DNA of 64,000 nucleotides from an uncultured delta proteobacterium (GCA_963743305.1 CAVUPH010000014.1:128001-192000); one strand, 5' to 3'; counted from the first letter of the stretch, positions 50,468 through 62,007 are shown. The notes: generated by a model from the sequence alone, not told the origin. Translations and numbers: made by a program.

Positions 50468-51307
50468 ATGTCTGACGACTTCGATGAGTACATTTTTGAA
50501 GATGAAGAAGAAGTTCTGCGCCCTCGTGATTCGAAGATTGATGAGGTGAAGGATCTTTTGATGGCTAATTATTTTCCCATCGACGGAACAGAAGTTTATT
50601 ATGGCCGGCAACTTGAAATTTTGCTTGAGCGTGATTTTTTTCATTGGATCACGAAGAAGGCACTTAACGAGTTAGTTCTGGAGAGTAAAATCGCGTGAGC
50701 GATCGAGCAGGCTGGTTATCATAAGGCGCATTTTTACTATCCACGCCGGCACCGATACCCTCGGCGTCAGATTAAAGAGATCCTTGATCTAATTGTTGAG
50801 TTTTCGGATCCGACCTTTACACGGGCACTCGGCGGTCATGGAGAGTTATTGGCGGATGCTGGATTTGCGGAGATCGGTTTTCGGATTATTAAGCGGAAAG
50901 TTAAAGAGGTAGATGATAAACGCTGGATCGAAACGAACCACGATCTTGATCGTCTTATTATGCGGGACCGCGTGTTTTACGGAGTTGAGATAAAGAACCA
51001 GCTTGGCTATATTGACCAGACAGAGTTTCAAACGAAGCTCGCTATGTGCCAGTATTTTGGCGTGCGGCCAATGTTCATCGCCCGCATGATGCCCAAAAGC
51101 TATATTTACCAAGTAGTTCAGGCCGGAGGGTTTTCGATGATCATTGGAGAACAGTGTTATCCCCTTTTGGCAGACAAGATGGCAAAGCGAGTACGTGACC
51201 GCCTGCAACTGCCTGTAGTGAGCAAGAGTAAACATGCCGACCCGGTATTGAGCCGTTTTGAGAAATGGCACGAGAAACAAATCAAGAAAGCGGAAGGGGG
51301 ACTTTGA
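50468..51307 (+). CDS. Putative PD-(D/E)XK nuclease, frameshift near 50695
   Basis: GE..A, HDLDRL..YGVEIKN; two ORFs join into one gene. Confidence 0.7.
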
Positions 51308-51533
51308 TTTTTGTGAATTACTCTCTACAATTCACACTAACTATATATTATCCTAGCTGATTTCACTTATTTTTTTGATTCCCCCTTGAATACAATATTA
51401 CTAGTCACTATTTGAGGGCATTATGCGGTTTCGGTCGACCCATTTCTTTAAATTCATCAGATTGACCCTATTCGAGGGAACTGGCTGGCCTATATAGCCG
51501 CCTTTGAAGCCGTCTGGGCTTCTATGGCCCGGC

Positions 51534-51615
51534 CGAACTACCTTGGGAAAAAATAGGGTACATGACCAGAGAACCCAAAGCCCGGTATGAAAATAGAAAC
51601 CACAAGTCAACGAAT
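51534..51615 (+). repeat. Diverged direct repeat, copy B
   Basis: AAAATAGGGT..TGACCAGA.AACCCAA..ACAAGTCAACGAAT. Confidence 0.75.
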
Positions 51616-51713
51616 ATAGGATGTCCCGGATTACGGAATCTCCACCCCAGGAGCTCCCGAGAGCTATTGTGGAGTATGTCCAGAAGTTAGATATTTGATC
51701 GGTATATGTAAAA

Positions 51714-52454
51714 ATGAGAAAACCATTGTCTAAGTATAATAATGAGGCTGCTAATTCAACTGGAACGAAGGCTCAAACTCGCACCGTTGGTTCTGAACGA
51801 ATCAGGAACTGGCCCACAAAGGAACGCCCGCGCGAACGACTCCTTGCCGAAGGCCCGGAACGGCTGACGGATGCCGATCTGCTCGCAATCATTCTTCGCG
51901 TCGGATCAGGAACATTCAAGGAAGGTGTTCCCGGGACGAACGCCTACGAGTCTGCCCTCTCGATTCTGAAGGATTTTCGAGGACTTCGCGGGCTCGACCG
52001 CGCCCGCATTCATGACCTGCTGAAGGTGCCCGGCCTTGGGCCTGCGAAAGTCGCTCAGATCAAGGCGGCATTTGAGCTCGGGAAACGCGTGTGCGCCGGG
52101 AAACTCACAGCACCCGCCTTCGAATCCTCTCTGGCCGTTGCCAACCATTTCCGTCCGCGTTTCACCGGCAAGCGTCAGGAGATCGTGATCGCCGTGTTCT
52201 TGAACGGACAGAACCAGCGCCTTGGCGAGAAGGACATCACCGAAGGGACGCCGACCCAAGCCACCGTGTATGTCCGCCGCATTCTGGAAGAAGCCCTCCA
52301 CGAATCGGCCGCGGCGGTCGTCCTGGTCCACAACCACCCCTCGGGCAATCCTGAACCCTCCGCCGGCGACGACGAGACAACGCGCGACCTCTTGCGTGCC
52401 TGCAAACTGGTGGGCTTGGTCCTGCTCGATCACGTGATTGTCGGCGAGATCTGA
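51714..52454 (+). CDS. radC: RadC (JAB domain) protein
   Basis: ERPRERLL, GLGPAK, VHNHPSG, LLDHVIVG; 3' end may be frameshifted. Confidence 0.92.
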   Translation: MRKPLSKYNNEAANSTGTKAQTRTVGSERIRNWPTKERPRERLLAEGPERLTDADLLAIILRVGSGTFKEGVPGTNAYESALSILKDFRGLRGLDRARIHDLLKVPGLGPAKVAQIKAAFELGKRVCAGKLTAPAFESSLAVANHFRPRFTGKRQEIVIAVFLNGQNQRLGEKDITEGTPTQATVYVRRILEEALHESAAAVVLVHNHPSGNPEPSAGDDETTRDLLRACKLVGLVLLDHVIVGEI

Positions 52455-52518
52455 CCATTACAGTTACTGCCGACTCCGGTCGGCTTAAGGAACTTGAGAA
52501 CGAATAGAAGGAGGCCGT

Positions 52519-54793
52519 ATGGCCAAGAAACAACCAGCACCGCAACCCTACGCCAAACCGGATCAGATCCAGATCCGCGGCAACCAGATATTCAGCCCCC
52601 TTCGCCAGAAGTGGGTTGCACTGACGCCCGAGGAACGAGTGCGCCAGGAGTATCTGCGTCGTTCTGATCGAAGAGTATGGGTATTCACCCGGATCAGATT
52701 GACGAGGAGAGTGCCGGTAACAGGCCGCGGTCAGCGCAGATGCCCGCGCCGACTTCCTGATCTGGCGCACACCCGAAGCCAAACAAAGACAGGAACACGC
52801 CTTGATTGTGATTGAATGCAAGGCCGACAACGTGACCATCTCCTTGAAGGACTACGCGCAGGGCGCCAACTATGCGCAGTACGAACATGCGCGGTTCTTT
52901 GTCACCCATAACCACCGCGAGACCAAGTACTGGAAAGTGGATGACACCCGGCGGATGCCGAACTACGATGAGATTGCGAACATTCCCCATGCCGACGCAA
53001 CAGACAAGGACATCAACGAGTTACTGGCACGCCTGAAGGTTTTCAAGGAGGACGAATTCGCGAAGCTGCTCCACGAGTGCCACAACGTCATCCGCAATCG
53101 CGAGAAGCTCGACCCCGCCGCCGCCTTTGACGAAATCGCCAAGATTCTCTTTGTGAAGGTCTATGTCGAACGGGAGCTTCGAGGCCAAACGCTCGCGGAA
53201 GAACCTCTTTACCGTCGAGTATCTTGACGACCAACTTGGCAAGCACCCGCTCAACACGCTCTTTGGACAAACCAAGGAGGCCTACACGGATGACAAGATT
53301 TTTGAGAGCGATGAGGAAATCCGCCTCAAACCCGCCACGGGTCGGGAAATCGTCAAGTTGCTGGAACGCTACAATCTTTCCGATACCAGCGAGGATATCA
53401 AGGGCATTGCCTTCGAGCGCTTTCTCGGCCGCACCTTCCGGGGCGAGATTGGGCAATTCTTCACCCCGCGCACCATCGTCGAGTTCATGATTCGCATGGT
53501 GGAGCCCAAGGAGGGGGACGTGATTTGCGACCCCGCCAGCGGTTCCGGGGGGTTCCTGATCCGTTTCTTCGAGATCGTGCGGCAGCAGATTTTGGCCGAC
53601 GCCGACCGCCAGTACCAGGAATTCAAGACCAAGGTGGAGGCCGACAAGAAGCTCTCGCCGGACAAGAAGGCGACCATGCTCCGGGAGAAGTTTGACGCCA
53701 TCCAGGCAACCCTCGACCACGACAAACCCGGCTCGCGCCTGTGGAAGCTGGCCAATCGCTGCATCTTCGGCACCGACGCCAACGACCGCATGGCCCGCAC
53801 CAGCAAGATGAACATGATCATGCACGGCGACGGCCACGGCGGCGTGCATCACCATGACGGATTCCTGAACGTCAACGGCATCTTCGAAGGCCGCTTCGAC
53901 ATCGTCCTCACCAATCCGCCCTTCGGCGCGAACGTCGAGCCTTCCGACGTGGTGCATGAATCCGATGTGACGGTGAGCCGCGAGGCCGAGAAACGCTATA
54001 CCGAAGAGTACGGCGACCTCTACACGGAAGCCCTGGCCCGCGTTCGCGCCGCCGTGGGCAAGCCCATCGCCAGCCTCTTCGAACTGCCCAAAGGCAACGG
54101 CACCGAAAAGGAACGCGACAAACGGGCCAAGTCGGCCAAGATCAAAACCGAAATCCTTTTCATCGAACGCTGTCTTTCCCTGTTGAAGCCCGGCGGGCGG
54201 CTCGGCATCGTCCTGCCCGAAGGCATCTTCAACAATCCCTCCCTCGCCTACGTGCGCGAGTTCTGCGAAAACCGCGCCTTCATCCGGGCCGTGGTCAGCC
54301 TGCCCCAGGAGACCTTCTTTTCCTCCGGCGCGAGCGTGAAGGCATCGCTGCTTGTTCCTGCAAAAGTTCACCGAGAAGGAGCAGGCCGATTTCGACGCCA
54401 AGCAGGCCGAAGCCAACGCCGAGGTGAAGGCGAAGCATGCCGACGCCATCGCGACGGAGACCGCACGGCTTGAGGCGGCGATAGCGGCAGCCAAGGAAGC
54501 GCGGGATACCGAGAAGCGAAAGACACTGCAAAAGGAATTGGCCGACTATGAGAAGCGGATGGCCGAGACCATCGCCAAAGAAACCCGCGCTTTGCTCAAA
54601 GAGAGATTTCCCTATCCCATCTTTCTCTACGAAGCGGAGAAGGTGGGCATCACCGCCACGGGCGAACAGGACCAGAACGAGCTGGTTCCCAACGACAACC
54701 AGCCGCCGGGCATCACGAAGACGTGCCTGGAGCTTTATCAGGAGTTCCGGCGCAACCCCAAGCCGTTCTTTCTGACGGAGGCAAAGGCGATGA
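52519..54793 (+). CDS. Fused restriction (HSDR_N-like) and N6-adenine methyltransferase subunit, several frameshifts
   Basis: TPEERVRQ, IVIECK, GQFFTPR, DPASGSGGF, LTNPPFG. Confidence 0.88.
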
Positions 54794-56193
54794 CGACGGC
54801 CCCCACGACGCTCCCGCGCCTTTGCTGTTTGGTGGAAGGATTTGGACCGTTGGGATTCCATCCAGCTTCTATCTGAGCCAGTCGCTTGGCCGAAGGGTAT
54901 GGGACGCGTGTTCGGAGTCGGTACGCTGGTCACGGCAAGTAAGCGAACGTGTCAAAGCCGAATTCACCGATAAAGAATACAAAATGGCGGGCGTCAGTTG
55001 ATATGGCGAAGGTGTTTTCCACCGCGAAACGGTACGCGGTGATGCTATGAGCGCCAACCAGGTGACATCGCTGATTGCCAAGATCTGATTTACAAGCGAG
55101 GCTGTAGGCATTCGCCTGGAAGGTATCGAATTCGCTGTGACCACCCGAGCTTCGCGGTTACTGTCAGTCTCGAACGAGTTTCAAGCAGTTTATCCCGGAC
55201 GCACTCCTACCAGAATATCTGTCTAAGTTCTGCACTCGTCAAGCGACGATCGTGCTGTAGCGCTGCATCGACAGGTCGTCTGCCGTAAGCCGCAATCGTT
55301 TCAAGGAAGAGGATTTCTCGAATTCGAACATATTCCACTTCCTCCGCTGGCCGAGCAAAAGGCCATCGTCGCACGCTGGCACAAGGCGCAAGACGAAATC
55401 GCCGCCGCCCGTGAACGTGTGGAAAAGCGAAAAGCAGCGATTGATGTCCGGTTCTTCGCCGACTTGGGCTTGCGGTCGCCCGCACAAGGTTCCATGCCCA
55501 AAGCCTTTGCCGTTTGGTGGCAGGATTTTCTCCGTTGGGGGGTCGGTTTCAACTACCTTTACCAGAGCGGTGCCGACCTGACGCGAGGCAAGTATCCAGT
55601 TGTCGACCTGGGCTCGCTCCTCGAACTGGTTCAATACGGAACAAGCGAAAAGGCGAATACGAACAATGACGGCGTGGCCGTAATTCGCATGAACAACATT
55701 CTTGATGGCGAACTCGACCTCGGAAATCTCAAGCATCTAAGACTTTCCAAGAATGAGATGGATAAATTGCTCTTGAAGGATGGCGACATCCTTTTTAACC
55801 GCACGAACAGCAAAGAACTTGTCGGAAAATGTGCCGTGTTTCACGCTCAAGGGGAATACGTCTTCGCTTCCTACCTCATTCGTATTCGAGCGGATTCCTC
55901 CAAAGCTAATCCCGATTTCTTAGCCTATGTCATTAACTCTCCAATCGGTCGGCAACAAATCAACGCGCTCAGTCGGCAGATTATCGGGCAGGCCAACATC
56001 AACAGCGTTGAACTGCGCGGCCTGCAAATCCCGCTCCCACCGCTGAGCTGTGCAAAAGCAAATCATGGAACGTGTGGCGGCGGGCCGCGAAGAAATCGCC
56101 CGCGAGCGAGAAGCCGCTGACCGCCTCGCCCGCGAAATCAACGCCGAAATCGAAGCCCTGATCTTAGGCACGAAGAAGGTGAGTGAGCTATGA
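54790..56193 (+). CDS. Specificity subunit (HsdS-like, two TRDs), frameshifted
   Basis: QYGTS, VIRMNNI, GDILFNRTNS, FASYLIR, QANIN, IPLPPL; repeated AFAVWW. Confidence 0.85.
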
Positions 56194-57746
56194 GCCGTGG
56201 ACGACAGAAAGATCTCATTCGAAGGTCTTCTTGCAGGAGAACGTCCTCGGAACTTTTAAGGTGATACGCGGTTTTGCTGACCTGCGTGATCTCACCGAGG
56301 TTTCTGTAGCAATGCCTTACCAGGGCGGCATGAATGGTCCGGGCACCGGCTATCAGAGACAATTCGATGAGCAGCATGTTGAAGATATTAAAAGGTTTCT
56401 CAGTAAGGGCCGCTACCGATTCTTCCCCGAGATAGTCCTCAGCCTCCGGAGCCAAGGGGCAACTGATCCTGTCGTTTCGTATGCCAAGAAGAGATCGTCA
56501 CCAAATGACAAAACCTACGGGATTTCCGTGGGGCTCAAAGCACTAAGCGAGGATGGCTTCACGAGGATTCACAGGATTGACGGTAACCACCGTCTGGAGG
56601 CAGCTAAGCGCTGTTAAAAGAGCAGAAGGCGTCTGCTTCTTTCAAGGATTTCACCAAAGCCCCATTCTGCTTTGTCGTCTTGGACTCGGATAGGCCGGAG
56701 GATGACGAGTTGGCCGAAGCCATGCTTTTTAACCTGATTAACAGTAAAGCCCTGCCTATCGCTTCGGAGCATAGTCTTTCGGTCTTGATGCGCGATGACG
56801 GTGCCGCCGCCGAACGATTTGTTGAGGACCCTCAAGTTTATCTGGCGCGTTGGATAACGGCAAAGTCAAAGACTGGCCCCATGGTTTCTACACCGCAATG
56901 GGCGACAACCCCTTGTCTCGCTTGCATTCCACGGCAGGCGTGCTGCTTCGCCCAGGTGGGATATCAAAGTCTACCCAGCAGAACATGGAAACCGAAGCAG
57001 GGCGACTTTTCGACCCACTGTATGATCTGGCCGTGAGGTTCCGCGACCACCATGAGAAATTTGTGCATTCTTATGCATTCCTGCCTATCGCAGCCGAGGT
57101 CTATGCCCGCCACTCGAAAGTCGATTCTGCAAAAGGGGCAAATACAGAAGCGGAACGGCTCCGTCGAGCGGAACGCTGGCTTCGAGACTTCGCCCGCTGG
57201 TTTGATAACGTCGGAGGTGCAGACATGCCTTTGCCAGCCGATCCCTCCGTCCTTTGGACCATTTTCAAGCGTGATTTCGACAAACGAGCGGGGAAGGTCT
57301 TCGTTGCTATGTCATTTAGTAACGAACGGGATCTTCAGGATGTAGGAACGGCCATTGATGAGGCGCTTGATCAATTCAACATGGAACATCCAAACACACC
57401 ACTCGCGCCAAGGCGTGCGGATAAACAAAAAGGCGCGAGTTATGAAATTCCGGCCTGGATATTCTCAGAAATTGATCAGAGCCGGTTAATTATTGCAGAC
57501 CTGACCGATGAGAGGCCGAACGTTTACTGTGAAGTAGGCTACGCTAAGTCAAAAGGAATCCCATTTATCCTGACCTTCCATAAACGGACGCCCACCGACA
57601 AACCACCGTGGGAACGGGAATCATCACCGGGCAACAAAGTTCATTTTGACCTAACACCCTATCGTTATATTGCATATGAGACCGCATTCGACCTGAGAGA
57701 TAAGCTAAAACAGGAACTTGACGCTTTTGTTGGGCGAGCATTATAA
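56183..57746 (+). CDS. DGQHR (DndB-like) domain fused to a nucleoside 2-deoxyribosyltransferase-like domain; frameshifts near 56612 and 56852
   Basis: YQRQ, FFPEIVL, IDGNHR, EAMLFNLINSKA; C-terminal VFVAMSF, IIADLTDERPNVYCEVGYA, VHFD. Confidence 0.78.
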
Positions 57747-57793
57747 AGACCTTATTTTGTTGAATCGAAACAAGTTTAAAATCTGGCTTTATT

Positions 57794-59452
57794 ATGAATG
57801 AACGAATACAACAGCTCCAACATTGGATGCAAACGAGAGAAGGGGAGCATCTTGAATTCAAAGAGGCCAAACAACGTTATGATTTTGAAGAGTTGGTAAA
57901 ATATGGAGTCGCTCTGGCCAATGAGGGTGGTGGCCGAATAATTCTAGGGGTGACCGATAAACCGCCTCGTCGAATCGTTGGCACCCGGGCTTTTGAAAAC
58001 CTGGAACGGACCAAAGCCGGTCTTATCGAGCGGTTACATCTACGAATTGATGTCGAAGAAATTATTGATCCCGAAGGGCGGGTTTTGGTCTTTCATATCC
58101 CTTCGAGGCCTATTGGAATGCCTATTCACTATGAGGGGCGATACTTTATGCGGGCCGGAGAAGGATTAGCGGCCATGTTACCGGATATGCTAAAACGGAT
58201 TTTCGACGAAGCCGGTCCGGATTATACGGCCGAGATCTGCCCCAAAGCCGGGATAAATGATTTGGAACCGAGGGCAGTTGATGAATTCCGTCAACGGTGG
58301 ATTTTTAAATCAAAAAATGAAAAATTGCGGTCTCTTCCGGCTGAGCAACTACTAATCGATTCTGAGTTGCTGAACAGGGAGGGTTTGACTTATGCCGCAT
58401 TAATCCTTTTAGGAAGTCGAGAAGCTCTGGGATACTTTTTACCCCAGGGGGAGGTTATCTTCGAGTATCGGTCCAGTGATGCCACTGGACCGGCCCAACA
58501 ACGCCAGGAGTTTCGGCAGGGTTTTTTTTCTTTTTATGACGAATTGTGGAACCTAATCAATCTTAGGAATGATCAGCAACACTTCCAGGATGGCCTTTTT
58601 ATTTGGGACATCCCCACCTTCAACGAAGCGGCTGTCAGGGAAGCCCTCCTCAATGCCGTTAGTCACCGTGATTACCGCATGGCGGGGTCCGTCTTTATAC
58701 GCCAATATCCTCGCCGTCTAGAGATAGTCAGCCCGGGCGGCCTTCCGCCAGGAATTACCCCGGACAATATCCTCTGGGAACAATCACCCCGTAATCGTCG
58801 GATCGCCGAAACGCTCGCCCGATGCGGACTGGTGGAAAGATCCGGTCAGGGAATGAACCGGATTTTCGAAGTCTGCATTCGGGAAAGCAAACCCAGACCG
58901 GATTTCACCCATACAGATGCCTATCATGTCTGGTTGACTCTTCACGGGGAGGTCCAGCATCCGGAATTCCTGCGCTTTCTGGAAAAACTGGGTCAAGAAC
59001 GCCTGGAGTCCTTCACCACTCAAGACCTTCTGGTTATAGACCAGGTATTTCGGGACGAACCCATCCCCGATGGGATTAAAGGAAATCTTTCCAGGCTGGT
59101 CGAAATAGGAATTATTGAAAAGATCAGCCGGGGGCGGGGGACCCGCCACATTTTATCCCGCCAGTTTTATGATTTTATAGGAAAGAGAGGCGCTTATACC
59201 CGAAAAAAAGGCTTGGATCGGGAGACCAACAAAGCCCTTTTGATTAAACATATCCAAGATAGCCGGGCCATCGGTTCCAGAATGGAAGAATTTCGGCAAG
59301 TTTTGCCCAGTCATTCGCGCAATCAGATTCAAGTCCTTCTGCGAGAATTGGTTAAGGATGGACAAATTCATATCCATGGTAAGACCCAGGCAGCCCCGCT
59401 GGTTTCCAGGACCTCTGAAGACGGATTGCAACCATTAGAGGGGAAGGAATAA
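57794..59452 (+). CDS. AlbA_2/Schlafen plus HATPase_c_4 and wHTH protein
   Basis: EGEHLEFKEA, ALANEGGG..LGV.D, REALLNAVSHRDY, SPGG, PRNRRIA. Confidence 0.9.
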   Translation: MNERIQQLQHWMQTREGEHLEFKEAKQRYDFEELVKYGVALANEGGGRIILGVTDKPPRRIVGTRAFENLERTKAGLIERLHLRIDVEEIIDPEGRVLVFHIPSRPIGMPIHYEGRYFMRAGEGLAAMLPDMLKRIFDEAGPDYTAEICPKAGINDLEPRAVDEFRQRWIFKSKNEKLRSLPAEQLLIDSELLNREGLTYAALILLGSREALGYFLPQGEVIFEYRSSDATGPAQQRQEFRQGFFSFYDELWNLINLRNDQQHFQDGLFIWDIPTFNEAAVREALLNAVSHRDYRMAGSVFIRQYPRRLEIVSPGGLPPGITPDNILWEQSPRNRRIAETLARCGLVERSGQGMNRIFEVCIRESKPRPDFTHTDAYHVWLTLHGEVQHPEFLRFLEKLGQERLESFTTQDLLVIDQVFRDEPIPDGIKGNLSRLVEIGIIEKISRGRGTRHILSRQFYDFIGKRGAYTRKKGLDRETNKALLIKHIQDSRAIGSRMEEFRQVLPSHSRNQIQVLLRELVKDGQIHIHGKTQAAPLVSRTSEDGLQPLEGKE

Positions 59453-59598
59453 TCTTTTTTGCGAAGGGCTTGGTTGGTTTTTTTTAACCGATCTAATTTA
59501 TAAGATTATTCGGCTTATTGGGATTGCAACTTTTATTTGGGTTTGGTTGTAATTTAGTAGCAATCATGGTTGCAATCACGGGGTGGCTAGGAATCCTC

Positions 59599-59820
59599 AT
59601 GAAATTTCTCCACACCGCAGACTGGCAGTTGAGCATAAAGGCCGCCCAGGTGGGCGGGGCCGGGGAGTGGGTCCGCGCCGAGGGGATCAAAATAGCGGAG
59701 CGGATCGTCCGACTGGCCCGGGATCAGGCCGTGGATTTTATCCCCCTGGCCGGCGGCACCTTCGAGGACAACGCGGTGGAGCGGGTCTTGATTCAGCAGA
59801 CGGCCGATCTGCTGGGGAAC
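59599..59820 (+). pseudogene. SbcD/Mre11-like metallophosphoesterase N-terminal fragment
   Basis: MKFLHTADWQL..VDFI.LAG.TFE, then similarity ends. Confidence 0.75.
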
Positions 59821-60052
59821 CCCTTGGGGGGCTTTTATCCAGCTCTTCTGAGGTTTAAAATGGATCAGAATAGGATCGGGTCATGTCAAGAGAAGTCCGG
59901 GGCGGATTGGAGCGGTGTAGGACCAGATCAAGCAAGCTCTTCTCCGGCGAATTCGACCGGGCGCCAGCCAGTCACTTAGGGGTAACCGAGGAAGATCTTG
60001 ACGGAATAAACAGAATTAGATTTGGTCCAAGATGCCGGAAAGTGATAGAAGA

Positions 60053-60784
60053 ATGGATATTAAAAGAATTGATCTGTTGTTAAAATATATCTTGGCGGCG
60101 GCGGGGCAGGAAGATCCCGGCCACCACGAGGTGGGACCTATTCACCTGATCAAATACGTTTACCTGGCCGATCTGATTTATGCTGAAAAACACGGGGGGG
60201 AAACCTTCACCGGTGCCCCTTGGCGGTTCCACCATTTCGGCCCCTGGTCACCGGAAGTCTATAACCGAATTGAGCCGGTTATAACCGAAGTCCGGGCCCG
60301 GGTGAGAGAGATCCCGTCGTCAAAGGCGAAAGAGGATATAATCCGGTATTCCCTGGTTGATGAGTCCCTGTTCAGCCAACTTGAGCCGGAACTTCCCTTC
60401 GTACTGGCAGTTTTCCTAAAAGGAGTGATTCATAAGTTCGGGGATGACACTACCAGTCTTCTCCATCACGTATACCGCACCTCACCCATGCTGGGAGCCG
60501 CGCCCGGCGAGCCACTTTCCTTCAAAAAAGAAACCTTCGATGAAGGAGACCAACCCAAGGTTGCCGGCCAGGTTTCCGATGTTGTGGAACTCTACCAAAC
60601 CACTTCAACAAAAAAAAGAAAGGCGGATATGAAGGCCCTTAAAGAGCAAATCCAGCTCAAGCTGGCGGAAAAGAGGTTAAAAAAGGAACAAACCATTCCG
60701 TCAAGGCCTCCCCGTTATGATGAAGTCTTTTTTGAAGGGGTGAGATGGTCTGGACAGTCTGGCGGGGGAACCGGTTCAGCATAG
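60053..60784 (+). CDS. Panacea/SocA (DUF4065)-like antitoxin
   Basis: HLIKYVYLAD..TG..W..FGPWS; 3' end probably frameshifted. Confidence 0.72.
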   Translation: MDIKRIDLLLKYILAAAGQEDPGHHEVGPIHLIKYVYLADLIYAEKHGGETFTGAPWRFHHFGPWSPEVYNRIEPVITEVRARVREIPSSKAKEDIIRYSLVDESLFSQLEPELPFVLAVFLKGVIHKFGDDTTSLLHHVYRTSPMLGAAPGEPLSFKKETFDEGDQPKVAGQVSDVVELYQTTSTKKRKADMKALKEQIQLKLAEKRLKKEQTIPSRPPRYDEVFFEGVRWSGQSGGGTGSA

Positions 60785-61149
60785 GGAAGTAATCCATTCT
60801 CGACAGGTTGCACAGCGAAACTCGGCGGGATGCCAATTATGTGCCTTTTGGGGCATAGGCGTTATGTCATCTAAAGGTAAACCAAAAGTTGCCTGACGCA
60901 AAAAAGTACAATAGTTACAGAAAGATTCCAATGTAACGCCATGTAATGAGTCACCTGATGAAAAGCAATATAAGAGTATCTATTTTTTGATTGAATTGAG
61001 AAAACAAAAAAGGGGCCACTAAAACCTGGGTTCGGGTGAGATTGACTTTAGTTAATCTTTAGATAAACTTTAGATAAAGATGGAGACGGTCTTTGCGGAT
61101 AACATACTGTAAAATAAGGAAAATTTAATAGGCTAAATTCGTGGCTCTA

Positions 61150-61288
61150 TTACCTGGATCAAGGATAAAAGCCTGGCGACCTCGACAACCTGCCCGATCC
61201 GGACCTGCTGGCCAATGATATCATCGAAAACCTGGAGGCGGCGGTGGAGAGCTTCAAGGAGATCATGGTGGCTATCAATGGGAAATAA
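61150..61288 (+). pseudogene. Type I HsdM C-terminal remnant
   Basis: WIKDKSL.DLDNLPDPDLLANDIIENLEAAVESF. Confidence 0.75.
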
Positions 61289-61359
61289 GACAGGAATTGG
61301 ATTTGAAGGAAGAAAGAAGCTGGATGGCTTGGCGAAGGAGCCGTTTCGGAGGGTTCGAT

Positions 61360-61653
61360 ATGAAAACCAGGGAAGAAATTCTTAGCATTCTCCAAGAGCG
61401 CAAGCCTGATTTGGTAAAAAAATTCGGCCTGCAAAGATTGGCTCTCTTTGGTTCTTTTGCCCGGGGGGATAATAAAGAAAATAGCGATGTGGATATTCTG
61501 GTAGAAGTTCCTCCAACCATTGGTCTCGGATTTGTGGATTTGGCTGAAGAAATCGAAACGTTTCTGGGAATGCCGGCGGACGTCGTCTCTCGGCGGGCTA
61601 TCAAGCCCAGGCATTGGAATGTAATTCAGGAGGATCTGATCGATGTCGCGTAG
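61360..61653 (+). CDS. MNT nucleotidyltransferase antitoxin
   Basis: LFGSFARGD..SDVDILV. Confidence 0.9.
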   Translation: MKTREEILSILQERKPDLVKKFGLQRLALFGSFARGDNKENSDVDILVEVPPTIGLGFVDLAEEIETFLGMPADVVSRRAIKPRHWNVIQEDLIDVA

Positions 61654-61988
61654 ATCCGTAGACTCTGCTGATCGAGGATCTCTGGGAAGCGGTTGAAAAG
61701 GTTGAGCGGTATACGCGTGGTTTTGATCATGACCGTTTTGTTCAGGATGAAAAAACCATCGACTCCGTGGTCAGAAATTTCGAGATCATCGGGGAGGCTG
61801 CCGGGAAATTGCCGCCGGATTTCAGAGACAGTCACCCGGATATCCCCTGGAAAAAGATTATTGGATTGAGACACCGGATCGTCCACGATTATTTCGACAT
61901 CGACGTTGAAATAATCTGGCAGATCCTAAAAAAAGATATCCCTGCCTTGAAACAGAATCTTCAATTGATTCAGCAGCCAAAGTCATAA
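61643..61988 (+). CDS. HepT/DUF86 (HEPN) toxin, early frameshift
   Basis: RNFEIIGEA, IPW..IIGLRHRIVHDYF. Confidence 0.88.
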
Positions 61989-62007
61989 ATATAGGTGTTG
62001 GAGTTGC

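Noticed and set aside
50696-50698. TGA read-through or selenocysteine in the nuclease gene
   Set aside because: The downstream part is in a different frame, so an indel explains it
53088-54494. 468-aa antisense ORF (also 15260-16075 and 40933-41727)
   Set aside because: Shadow ORFs of GC-rich genes on the opposite strand, with no motifs
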